Shown here: piece by piece, positions 27,690-36,744 of the stretch
Numbering within the stretch: the first letter of the stretch is position 1
Layout: every line of letters begins with the position of its first letter
From: an uncultured Flavobacteriaceae bacterium
GTDB taxonomy: Bacteria > Bacteroidota > Bacteroidia > Flavobacteriales > Flavobacteriaceae
Reading direction: 5' to 3'
Assembly: GCA_913020295.1 (NCBI GenBank)
Contig: CAJWAA010000008.1
Coordinates: forward strand, 9,983 to 73,982
DNA length: 64,000 bases
Made by a program: the position numbers and the translations under genes
Notes under the pieces: model-generated
Seen by the model: only the letters and a program-made list of their open reading frames with translations
Databases searched by the model: none
What the model was told of the DNA's origin: nothing

Positions 27690-29384
27690 ATGCACTGGAG
27701 CCCCAAACCCCAACCCAATATGGATAAAGTAAAGCAACTTCAGATCGAAATAGGAGTTCCTCATGAAATTGCTTGTCTTTTAATTCAAAGAGGGATTCAA
27801 GATTATGAAACCGCTAAATCTTTTTTCAGACCAGAGCTTTCAGACTTTCACGATCCATTCAAGATGTTGGGTATGAAAGAGGCAGTGGATCGTATTTTTC
27901 GTGGTATTAATAAGGGTGAAAAAATTATGATTTACGGTGACTATGATGTCGATGGAACTACTGCCGTTGCTTTGGTCTATTCCTTTTTAAAAGAAATCCA
28001 ATCCGATTGTATTTATTACATCCCTGACCGATATGACGAAGGTTATGGTATATCTATTAAAGGAATCGATTATGCCAAAGCAGAAAATGTAAGTCTGATT
28101 ATAGCTTTGGATTGCGGAATCAAAGCAGTGGATAAAGTTTCTTATGCTCAAACTCTGGGGATAGATTTTATTATCTGTGACCACCATTTACCTGGAGAAA
28201 CACTTCCGGAGGCCTATGCTATTTTAAACCCCAAACAAGCTAATTGTTCTTATCCTTTCAAAGACTTATGTGGTTGTGGTATTGGGTTCAAGCTCATCAA
28301 TGCCCTCACCCTGGAGCGGGGAGGGGCAGTCGATCAAATCATTTCATATATGGATTTGGTCGCTATGGCCATTGCAGCAGATATGGTTCCTATGGTAGGA
28401 GAGAACAGAGTACTCACCTATTTTGGGATTCAACAAATTCAAGAAAATCCCCGACTGGGAATTCGTTTTTTCATTAAAGAACTTAAAAGAAAAATTAACG
28501 TTTCTGATTTGGTATTTGTAATTGCCCCAAGGATTAATGGAGCTGGGAGGATAAAGCACGGGAGTCATGCCGTTGCTTTACTTTTGTCGGAGGACCCGGA
28601 TGAGACACTCTCTCGAGCAAGAGCCATAGAGTTCTACAATAGTGAGCGAAAGGAATTAGACCAAAAGATCACTATACAGGCATTGGATCAAATCGAAAAG
28701 AATCAAGAGGAGGAACTCAATTCAACGGTTGTTTATCAACCAGACTGGCATAAAGGAGTGCTGGGTATTGTAGCTTCTCGCTTAATTGAAACCTACTACC
28801 GACCCACGATTGTTTTTACTGCATCTGGAGAATATTATACCGGTTCTGTTCGCTCCGTCAAAGGATTTGATATCTATCAGATTTTAGAGACCTGCAGGGA
28901 ACACATTGTTCAATTTGGAGGCCACCGCTACGCAGCTGGGTTAACGATAAGACCCAAGGAATACCTTTCTTTTAAAAAAGCTTTTGAACTGGCTGTGGCT
29001 AAAAGTATAAAACCAGAGGAGCGTATTCCCACCAGCTCATATGATCTCGAAATGACATTTGATAAAATCACTCCAAAATTTTACAGGATTATGGCACAAA
29101 TGGCACCATTTGGACCCGGTAATTTGCGACCTGTATTTTTGACGAAAGACTGTTTGGATGCAGGAGGATCAAAAGTTATAGGTGCAGACCAAAGTCATCT
29201 AAAATTAGATGTAACAGATGATTCAACTTCAACCTTACCGGGAATTGGTTTTGGTATGGCAAATCATATTATTAAAATCAAAAGTAGGGATCCTTTTCAG
29301 ATTTTGTATACAGTGGACGAAAACGAATTCAGGGGGGATAAGCACTTACAACTCAAACTAAAAGATTTAAGTTTCTCGAACTAG
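27690..29384 (+). CDS. recJ: Single-stranded-DNA-specific exonuclease RecJ
   Basis: DHH motifs GDYDVDGTT, LDCG and ICDHHLP, plus DHHA1 GGHRYAAG. The ATG at 27690 is preferred over the tracked start at 27657, which overlaps rsmI. Confidence 0.9.
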   Translation: MHWSPKPQPNMDKVKQLQIEIGVPHEIACLLIQRGIQDYETAKSFFRPELSDFHDPFKMLGMKEAVDRIFRGINKGEKIMIYGDYDVDGTTAVALVYSFLKEIQSDCIYYIPDRYDEGYGISIKGIDYAKAENVSLIIALDCGIKAVDKVSYAQTLGIDFIICDHHLPGETLPEAYAILNPKQANCSYPFKDLCGCGIGFKLINALTLERGGAVDQIISYMDLVAMAIAADMVPMVGENRVLTYFGIQQIQENPRLGIRFFIKELKRKINVSDLVFVIAPRINGAGRIKHGSHAVALLLSEDPDETLSRARAIEFYNSERKELDQKITIQALDQIEKNQEEELNSTVVYQPDWHKGVLGIVASRLIETYYRPTIVFTASGEYYTGSVRSVKGFDIYQILETCREHIVQFGGHRYAAGLTIRPKEYLSFKKAFELAVAKSIKPEERIPTSSYDLEMTFDKITPKFYRIMAQMAPFGPGNLRPVFLTKDCLDAGGSKVIGADQSHLKLDVTDDSTSTLPGIGFGMANHIIKIKSRDPFQILYTVDENEFRGDKHLQLKLKDLSFSN

Positions 29385-31027
29385 TTTCTGAATCTTTTAT
29401 AGAATTCGATCAACCCTTGAGTAGAGGGGTCGTGGTGGTCTATCTGTTTTTTATCAAAATCTTGGAGGATATTGTTGGCTAGTTGCTTTCCCAACTCCAC
29501 ACCCCACTGGTCGTAGCTATAGATATTCCAGATGATCCCCTGAACAAAAATTCTATGTTCGTAAAGTGCAATCAGTGAACCCAGGTTAGCAGGGGTGAGC
29601 TGTTCAATAAAAAGGGTGTTGGTAGGGCGGTTCCCTTCAAAAACTTTAAAAGGGAGTAGTACCTCGATTTCTTGCGGGGATTTTCCTTGCTGGGTCAGTT
29701 CCTCTCTTACGGTCTCAGCATTTTTACCTTGCATTAGTGCTTGTGTTTGCGCGAAAAAATTGGACACCAATTTATCATGATGATCATTACCTTGGTGAAG
29801 GGGTTTGGCAAAGCCAATAAAGTCAGCAGGAATCATCTTGGTACCTTGATGCATTAATTGGAAGAATGCGTGTTGGGCGTTAGTTCCGGACGCTCCCCAA
29901 ATAATATTACCGGTTTGATAATCTACCGGTTTGCCATTTTGGTCGACGCCTTTTCCGTTGCTTTCCATGATGGCTTGTTGAAGATAGGCGGGAAGGTTTC
30001 TAAGGTATTGTGAATAGGGAATGATGGCCTCGGTTTCTACTTCCCAAAAGTTATTATACCACACAGTAATCATAGCCAAAATAACGGGCATATTTTCCTT
30101 GAAATCAGCAGTGCGAAAATGCTCATCCATTTTTCCCGACCCCAGAAGTAAATCTTCATAATTCTTTGGGCCTATGGATAAACAGATCGATAGTCCTGCA
30201 CTGCTCCATAAGGAAAAGCGCCCTCCAACCCAATCATTTATTGGGAAGATATTTTTGGCTGCAATTCCAAATTCGGTTACCTTTTCCAAGTTGTTAGAAA
30301 CAGCAACAAAATGTTGTCTGATGGCAGACGAAGGGGAATAATTCAAAAACCATTTTCTGATGGTATTGGCATTACTAATTGTTTCTTGGGTAGTAAAACT
30401 TTTTGACACAATTATAAAAAGTGTTGTTTCCGGATCAATTTTTTTGATCAATTCTTCCACATGATCGCCCTCGACGTTGGAAATAAAAGTCAACCTCAGC
30501 TGATTGCTGTAAAACTCAAGTGCTTCGGTTACCATGGCAGGGCCTAAATCCGAACCGCCAATTCCAATATTAACCACGTGTTTAATAGCTTTTCCCGTAT
30601 GTCCTTTCCAGTTACCAGAGATTACCCTGTCGGCAAAATCATACATTTGTTTTTTGACTTCTTCTATTTTTGGGGTGATGTCCTCACCATCAACCATAAT
30701 TGAGGAGGGTTTTAGCTGTCTAAGTGCAGTATGAAGGACGGCCCTGTCTTCAGTCTCGTTAATCTTTTTACCTTCAAAATAGGCTTTAATTGCCAGATTG
30801 AGTCCGGATTCCTCGGCCACAGCCACAAGAAGATCCAAGGTCTCTTGATCGAGCAGATTTTTTGAGTAATCCACATAAAAAGATTCCCACTGAAGAGAAA
30901 GTTTTTTGACGCGATCGGCATCCTCAGAGAAGTAGTCTGTGATCTTTTTTTGAGCGTTTTTTTGGAAGTTGGACTCAAGTAATTTCCATGATTTGAGGGA
31001 CAATGGGTTATGCTTATTTAATGTCAC
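29381..31027 (-). CDS. pgi: Glucose-6-phosphate isomerase
   Basis: 548 aa. PGI signatures IGIGGSDLGP, VSKSFTTQET and GVELGKQLA. GTG start. Confidence 0.93.
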   Translation of the reverse strand: MTLNKHNPLSLKSWKLLESNFQKNAQKKITDYFSEDADRVKKLSLQWESFYVDYSKNLLDQETLDLLVAVAEESGLNLAIKAYFEGKKINETEDRAVLHTALRQLKPSSIMVDGEDITPKIEEVKKQMYDFADRVISGNWKGHTGKAIKHVVNIGIGGSDLGPAMVTEALEFYSNQLRLTFISNVEGDHVEELIKKIDPETTLFIIVSKSFTTQETISNANTIRKWFLNYSPSSAIRQHFVAVSNNLEKVTEFGIAAKNIFPINDWVGGRFSLWSSAGLSICLSIGPKNYEDLLLGSGKMDEHFRTADFKENMPVILAMITVWYNNFWEVETEAIIPYSQYLRNLPAYLQQAIMESNGKGVDQNGKPVDYQTGNIIWGASGTNAQHAFFQLMHQGTKMIPADFIGFAKPLHQGNDHHDKLVSNFFAQTQALMQGKNAETVREELTQQGKSPQEIEVLLPFKVFEGNRPTNTLFIEQLTPANLGSLIALYEHRIFVQGIIWNIYSYDQWGVELGKQLANNILQDFDKKQIDHHDPSTQGLIEFYKRFRN

Positions 31028-32309
31028 TATTTGATAAAGCTAAAGCTGAATTAATGTACGTTGATTCCGGGGTGAAAGATATGCAATCGAGTTGGGTTTT
31101 CAAATCGACTATGGCATTTAAATAATTAATTTTTAATTCATTGGAAATGGGCTTGGCATCGGGAAGTTTTTGCCTGAATGGGTCTACTTGTCTACCGTTT
31201 TTCCAGAATCGATAGCACACATGTGGTCCAGAAGTATAGCCGGTCATGCCAACCCAACCGATGACCTGTCCTTGGGTAACCAATTCCCCTACTTTTACTT
31301 TCCGGCGTCTCATGTGGAGGTATTGGGTGCTATAGGTATTGTTGTGTTTGATGGTTACATAGTTTCCATTACCTCTTGTGTAGGAAGATTTGACAACTAC
31401 CCCATTGGCGGTGGCTAATATAGGGGTTCCCACACTAGCGGCAAAATCTGTACCGCGATGAGGTTTGATACGATTACCATAATAGGCAATTCTGCGTTTG
31501 AGATTGTAACGTGAAGTAACAGGACCAAACTTTACAGGCGCCTTGAGAAACGCTCTTCTCAAGTTTTTGGCATTTTCATCGAAATATTCTACGACTCCGT
31601 TAAGAGAATCGGGCTGAAACTCGAAAGCATAAAATTCTTTTCCGGCATGTTCGAAAATAGCTGCTTTAATTCGTTCAATACCGATTGATATAGAGTCATC
31701 GACAAACTTTTCAGTATAAATAACTTTGAATCGATCTCCTTTATGAAGCCTGTAAAAATCGATATTCCATGCATAGACATCTGCAAGATGATATGTCAAT
31801 TTGTCATTTAACCCGCTGCTGATCATAGTTTCGTATAGCGAATTTTCGATCAGACCATTTCCCTCCTTGGTCACGATTTTGATGGGCTTTACCACCTTTT
31901 TACCATAAATACTGTCTCGGAGTTGAACAACCGTATAACTGTCAATTTGGGGTTCGTAGATAAAGGCTTTGGGGGTTAATATGCTGTCTTTTGAAAATAA
32001 TAGATTGTATTGCTTTCCAACTAACAGTCGTTTGACACCCACTTTATTTTTAAGAACTTTTAGTATGTGATGTACTTCCGGGTAGTCAATACCATTATCT
32101 TCCAGAATAGAGCCAAAAGTATCTCCTCGTCTGATTTTCTTCTTTACAATTCTAAAGTGATTCAAGTCAAAGCCATATTTAACATTTTTTGGTTTAACCT
32201 TCTGTTCAGCAGCCTGGGTCTCGATCAATGGAGTTTGTTTTTTGATTTCACAGGAGGGAAACAAAACTACAATTACTAAGAAATTTAATATAGTAAAAAC
32301 TTTACACAA
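31014..32309 (-). CDS. M23 family metallopeptidase (LytM-type murein endopeptidase), lipoprotein
   Basis: 431 aa. Lipobox VLFPSC. M23 motifs HRGTDFAASVGTPI and GMTGYTSGPHVCYRF. TTG start. Confidence 0.8.
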   Translation of the reverse strand: MCKVFTILNFLVIVVLFPSCEIKKQTPLIETQAAEQKVKPKNVKYGFDLNHFRIVKKKIRRGDTFGSILEDNGIDYPEVHHILKVLKNKVGVKRLLVGKQYNLLFSKDSILTPKAFIYEPQIDSYTVVQLRDSIYGKKVVKPIKIVTKEGNGLIENSLYETMISSGLNDKLTYHLADVYAWNIDFYRLHKGDRFKVIYTEKFVDDSISIGIERIKAAIFEHAGKEFYAFEFQPDSLNGVVEYFDENAKNLRRAFLKAPVKFGPVTSRYNLKRRIAYYGNRIKPHRGTDFAASVGTPILATANGVVVKSSYTRGNGNYVTIKHNNTYSTQYLHMRRRKVKVGELVTQGQVIGWVGMTGYTSGPHVCYRFWKNGRQVDPFRQKLPDAKPISNELKINYLNAIVDLKTQLDCISFTPESTYINSALALSNSDIK

Positions 32310-32415
32310 AATTGTTAGTATATATTTTTATTTAATATAAATTTCTAGCTTTAAATACTGAATACCAATGTATTTAGGAAAAAGTTATTCAAAGATTAAT
32401 AAACAATCATAGTGT

Positions 32416-33225
32416 CTAATTGAATTGTATTACAAATGGAGCCACCAAGTTTTTAAATTTTTCCAAGTCAACTTTGATGGAGCCAATCGCTAAATCAGCT
32501 TGTAATCGAATGGGAATTTTATTTCCATCGTCCGTGATCCAAAGGGTTACGCTCTCCTTCTCTCTAAAAACTCTTCCGGACTGAACATAGGGCCTGAACT
32601 TCATGCATTGGATCTTCCCGAATTTCGTGTTAAGTAATTCCTTTCCCAAAAACTTCATTTTAAAAATATAATTTTCTTTATCAAAAAACATATTGATGCT
32701 AAAGGATTCATTTAGCTTCAATTTCTCGCTTGGATAAAATGCTCTAAGGTAATAAAAGGCAGAGATAAGATCTTGAGCACTGTCGGTAATTTTGAAAGTT
32801 TCCTGTTTTTTATATTTCAGATCATTGACATGTGCTAGATTTTGGTCATGATCAAAATTGATCTCTAAATTTTTTGTGTAGCCACCTTCATAGATGTCCC
32901 GGATAAACCAGTATGGGATAACCTTTTTATTATCAAAATATGTATCATAGTGATCTTCTACCTTAAAAAACCAACGAAGAAGACCTGTTGTTGTACCATA
33001 TCCTTTGGCATGCAAAACAGGTCTGCCGTTGAGTGTATCATTTGATAGTTCTAATGTAGCATAGCTGGCATTGAAAAAACCATAGTAAATCCTAAATTCA
33101 AACCATTCCCCTGTCCTAAAAGGAAGATTTACCTCTGAAGTAGATTCCTCGGTTATTGATTGAGCAAATCCAAATAGGCTTATGTTAGAAACCAAAAGAA
33201 GTAACGGTATTTTCCCAATGGACAT
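32416..33225 (-). CDS. DUF3108 domain-containing protein (secreted)
   Basis: 269 aa with a signal peptide. The GEWFEFRIYYGFFNASYATLEL pattern is typical of DUF3108, recalled from memory. Confidence 0.55.
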   Translation of the reverse strand: MSIGKIPLLLLVSNISLFGFAQSITEESTSEVNLPFRTGEWFEFRIYYGFFNASYATLELSNDTLNGRPVLHAKGYGTTTGLLRWFFKVEDHYDTYFDNKKVIPYWFIRDIYEGGYTKNLEINFDHDQNLAHVNDLKYKKQETFKITDSAQDLISAFYYLRAFYPSEKLKLNESFSINMFFDKENYIFKMKFLGKELLNTKFGKIQCMKFRPYVQSGRVFREKESVTLWITDDGNKIPIRLQADLAIGSIKVDLEKFKNLVAPFVIQFN

Positions 33226-33288
33226 GATGACAAAATTAACTAATTGAGTGAAAAACCATTATGACGAAGACCGGAAATCAACAAAAAA

Positions 33289-35022
33289 TTAGAGTTCCTG
33301 GAGTTTTTGAAAAATTTTGACTCCTTTTACACCACCCAGTAAGCCTGTGATTTCCTTATTTGAAGCAGCTTTAATTCTCTTAAAAGATTTAAACCTTTTG
33401 AGTAATTTTTCTTTTGTCTTGGGGCCTATGCCCTCTATCTGATCCAATCGAGATTTTAATGCATTTTTACTACGGATGTTGCGGTGAAGTTTCAACCCAA
33501 AGCGGTGCGCCTCATTTCTTAATTGCTGAATAACCTTTAAAGTCTCTGATTTTTTATTCAAATACATTGGAATACTGTCTCCAGGATAATAGATTTCCTC
33601 CAACCTTTTGGCGATACCAATGATTGCAATTTGTTCCCTAAGCCCCAGACGATCTAGGCTTTTTACAGCCGAGGAAAGTTGTCCCTTTCCTCCATCAATC
33701 ACAATCAGTTGAGGAAGTGAATGTCCTTCTTCGGAGAGTCTTTTATAACGGCGGTGGACGACTTCTTCCATGGAGGCAAAATCATCGGGCCCCTCTACGG
33801 TTTTGATTTTAAAATGCCGGTAATCCTTTTTGAAAGGTTTGCCATTTCTAAAAACTACACATGCGGCAGTAGGATTTGTTCCTTGTATGTTGGAATTGTC
33901 AAAACATTCAATGTGAGTGGGCTCTTCTTTGAGATGTAGATCTGTTTTCAACTGATTCATTAGTCTTTTAATATGTCTTTCTGGATTTACTATTTTCATT
34001 TGTTTAAAACGTTCCATTCTAAAAAACTTGGCATTTCTTTGAGACAGGTCAAGAAGTTTTTTTTTCTCACCAAGTTTGGGAATCGTTACTTTGATTTTGG
34101 GCCCCAAGCCCACTTCAAAAGGTATGCATATCTCTTTCGATTGAGAATTGAATCGTTGCCGAAGCTCAACAATTGCAATAGGTAAAATTTCAGCTTCAGT
34201 CTCTTCCAGTTTTTTTTTGATTTCCAATGTATGGGAGCGGATGATAGAACCAAATGCAACCTGAAAAAAATTCACATAGGCATAGCTTTCGTCCGAAATT
34301 ATAGAAAATACATCCAAATTAGTAATTTTGGAGTTGACCACAGTGGACTTTGACTGATAATTTTTCAAGGAATCTAATTTAAGTTTAATAGTATTTGCCT
34401 CCTCAAATTCCAGGTTACTAGCGTGTTTTTTCATTTGAATTTGAAGCTTATCAATCGATGTTTTAAAATTTCCATTAATCAAATGTCTTATTGAAGTTTT
34501 ATTATCTTCAAAAAGTTTATGGACTTTATTAATATCATTCTCTTTAGTTAAATGATTTAATTCGTGGTTAAGAAATGGATAAATATCTTTAATTAGTTCA
34601 ATAAGAGTATAAACTGTTTTCACATTAGGGTATGGACCAAAGTACTCTGAACCGTCTCGAATTAATTTACGAGTACTCACCACTTGAGGAAAAGGATTCT
34701 TTTTTATGCAAATCCAAGGATAGGTTTTGTCATCTTTTAAAAGAATATTGTATCGAGGGCGATATTTTTTGATCAGATTGTTTTCAAGTAACAAGGCATC
34801 AACCTCCGTGGGAACCACAATATGCTCCATACGGTGAATTTTCTTCACAAGAATTCGGGTTTTGGCATTGTCATGTACCTTGGTAAAATAGGAAGTTACC
34901 CTGCGTTTTAAGTTTTTTGCTTTACCCACGTAAATCACTGTATTATTTTTGTCAAAATATTGATAGACTCCAGGATCGCTAGGTATTGTTTTTAACTGAA
35001 TTGTAATGGGTAGTTGTTCCAT
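33289..35022 (-). CDS. uvrC: Excinuclease ABC subunit C
   Basis: GIY-YIG motif PGVYQYFDKNNTVIYVGKAKNLKRRVTSY, a UVR domain and a C-terminal HhH. The ATG at 35022 (MEQLPITIQLK...) is preferred over the TTG at 35085. Confidence 0.9.
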   Translation of the reverse strand: MEQLPITIQLKTIPSDPGVYQYFDKNNTVIYVGKAKNLKRRVTSYFTKVHDNAKTRILVKKIHRMEHIVVPTEVDALLLENNLIKKYRPRYNILLKDDKTYPWICIKKNPFPQVVSTRKLIRDGSEYFGPYPNVKTVYTLIELIKDIYPFLNHELNHLTKENDINKVHKLFEDNKTSIRHLINGNFKTSIDKLQIQMKKHASNLEFEEANTIKLKLDSLKNYQSKSTVVNSKITNLDVFSIISDESYAYVNFFQVAFGSIIRSHTLEIKKKLEETEAEILPIAIVELRQRFNSQSKEICIPFEVGLGPKIKVTIPKLGEKKKLLDLSQRNAKFFRMERFKQMKIVNPERHIKRLMNQLKTDLHLKEEPTHIECFDNSNIQGTNPTAACVVFRNGKPFKKDYRHFKIKTVEGPDDFASMEEVVHRRYKRLSEEGHSLPQLIVIDGGKGQLSSAVKSLDRLGLREQIAIIGIAKRLEEIYYPGDSIPMYLNKKSETLKVIQQLRNEAHRFGLKLHRNIRSKNALKSRLDQIEGIGPKTKEKLLKRFKSFKRIKAASNKEITGLLGGVKGVKIFQKLQEL

Positions 35023-35119
35023 AAAAACGAAGTTACGTTTTCTATAAGCATTATAAAAAAACTCTTTCTGATATAGAAGGGTCAAATATGCTTAATTTTA
35101 CCTTGTTAATCAAAACAAT

Positions 35120-35683
35120 TTGAACACAAAGGAAGTTTTAAGAACTGAATACAAAAAGCGCAGGGATTCATTAACAGAGGAGCAAATTGCTGAATGCAGT
35201 ATCCAAATTTCTAATCTGAGTTTGAAACTGAATATTTGGGAATACTCTCTTTACCACTTGTTTATGACCACCGAAAAAAATAAAGAAATAGATACTTCCT
35301 ATTTACTCTCCGTTATACAAGGTAAAGACAAACAGCCTGTAATTCCAAAGATAGTTGATGATGATAGTTTAGAACATTTTCTGCTTAATGATCAAACACC
35401 TCTAAAAAATAATCGTTGGGGCATTCCCGAACCGCTTAGTGGAATTACTATCAACCCTAAACAAATAGAAGTGGTTTTTGTTCCTCTTTTGGTCTTTGAT
35501 CAAGAGGGTCATCGTGTGGGCTATGGAAAGGGTTATTATGACCGTTTTTTGGATCAGTGCTCTGAAAGCACCCTAAAAGTGGGCTTAACTTTTTTTGATC
35601 CCGTTACTAAAATTGAGGATATCGAAAACCATGACATTTCTTTGGACTTTGCCCTAACCCCTGAAAGGATTTATGCCTTTTAA
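35120..35683 (+). CDS. 5-formyltetrahydrofolate cyclo-ligase
   Basis: 187 aa. C-terminal signature GHRVGYGKGYYDRFL. TTG start with no nearby ATG. Confidence 0.8.
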   Translation: MNTKEVLRTEYKKRRDSLTEEQIAECSIQISNLSLKLNIWEYSLYHLFMTTEKNKEIDTSYLLSVIQGKDKQPVIPKIVDDDSLEHFLLNDQTPLKNNRWGIPEPLSGITINPKQIEVVFVPLLVFDQEGHRVGYGKGYYDRFLDQCSESTLKVGLTFFDPVTKIEDIENHDISLDFALTPERIYAF

Positions 35684-36351
35684 TTTAAACCGTGGTTAAC
35701 CTTTTGCCCGAAAATTCTTTTATTGAAAACAATAATAATACCAACCCCTATACTTATGGCTGTGTCGGCAATATTAAAGACATATTGAAAAAAAGTGTAG
35801 TTTTCACCACCCACCCAAGGCATCCAATCAGGCCAATTCCAACTCACAAGAGGAAACTGTAACATATCTACTACATGCCCTTGAAATATGGGGGCGTACC
35901 CACCACCATCTGGAAGGAGTGTAGCCACCTGTCCGTAACTGTGGGAAAATATAACCCCGTAAAAAACTGAGTCTATGATATTCCCCAAAGCTCCGGCAAA
36001 GATCAAACACAGGGCCCAACAAAAAAGATTATTGGATTGTTTTCGAATGTTGTCCAACAACCAATAACCAATTCCTACTATGGCTACCAAACGAAAGATT
36101 GTAAGAACAAGTTTTGCCGTTATGTCGGAGAAAAAGGGAAGAATATCATTCAGTTTTGTTCCCATGGCCATTCCTTTGTTCTCCACAAAAAGTAGTTTAA
36201 AAAAGCCCCAGTCAATGATCGCATCATTTCCATACACAGATAGCGGGTAATGCAGTTTTATAAAAAACTTAAACGCCTGGTCCGTCAACAGCAAGCTCAA
36301 TATAATGACTGTAGCTGTAAGCGGGTTGATATTGGAAACCTTAAACTTCAA
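35680..36351 (-). CDS. lspA: Lipoprotein signal peptidase II
   Basis: Motifs VENKGMAMG and NIADTAISIGV, with 4 TM segments. The tracked TTG at 36384 overlaps the dksA-like gene by 26 nt. The in-frame TTG at 36351 (MKFKVSNINPL...) avoids the overlap, but the start remains uncertain. Confidence 0.8.
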   Translation of the reverse strand: MKFKVSNINPLTATVIILSLLLTDQAFKFFIKLHYPLSVYGNDAIIDWGFFKLLFVENKGMAMGTKLNDILPFFSDITAKLVLTIFRLVAIVGIGYWLLDNIRKQSNNLFCWALCLIFAGALGNIIDSVFYGVIFSHSYGQVATLLPDGGGYAPIFQGHVVDMLQFPLVSWNWPDWMPWVGGENYTFFQYVFNIADTAISIGVGIIIVFNKRIFGQKVNHGLN

Positions 36352-36358
36352 GTGCGAT

Positions 36359-36742
36359 CTATTTTTGCATATTTTTAGCCTCAATGCTCAAAGTGGCGTG
36401 AGGCACTAATAAAAGCCTCTGTTTATTGATCAATTTTCCAGTAATACGACAAACGCCATAGGTCTTGTTTTCGATACGAATCATAGCGTTTTTTAGGTCC
36501 CGAATGAACTTTTCTTGACGGATAGCCAATTGTGTATTGGCCTCTTTGGACATTGTTTCTGAGCCTTCCTCAAAAGCCTTAAAAGTGGGTGAGGTGTCTT
36601 CTGTTCCATTATTCCCATCATTCATGTAAGCACTTCTCAGAAGTTCCAAATCTGTCTGGGCCTTATTTATCTTTTCTTCGATTAAATTTTTGAAGTTTTC
36701 TAACTCCTCGTCCGAATATCGAGCTTTTATTTCTTTAGCCAT
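36359..36742 (-). CDS. DksA/TraR family protein with a degenerate (single-Cys) zinc finger
   Basis: 127 aa with an N-terminal coiled coil. The C-terminal YGVCRITGKLINKQRLLLVPHATLSIEAK aligns to the C4 finger, but only one Cys is retained. Confidence 0.75.
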   Translation of the reverse strand: MAKEIKARYSDEELENFKNLIEEKINKAQTDLELLRSAYMNDGNNGTEDTSPTFKAFEEGSETMSKEANTQLAIRQEKFIRDLKNAMIRIENKTYGVCRITGKLINKQRLLLVPHATLSIEAKNMQK

Positions 36743-36744
36743 TT

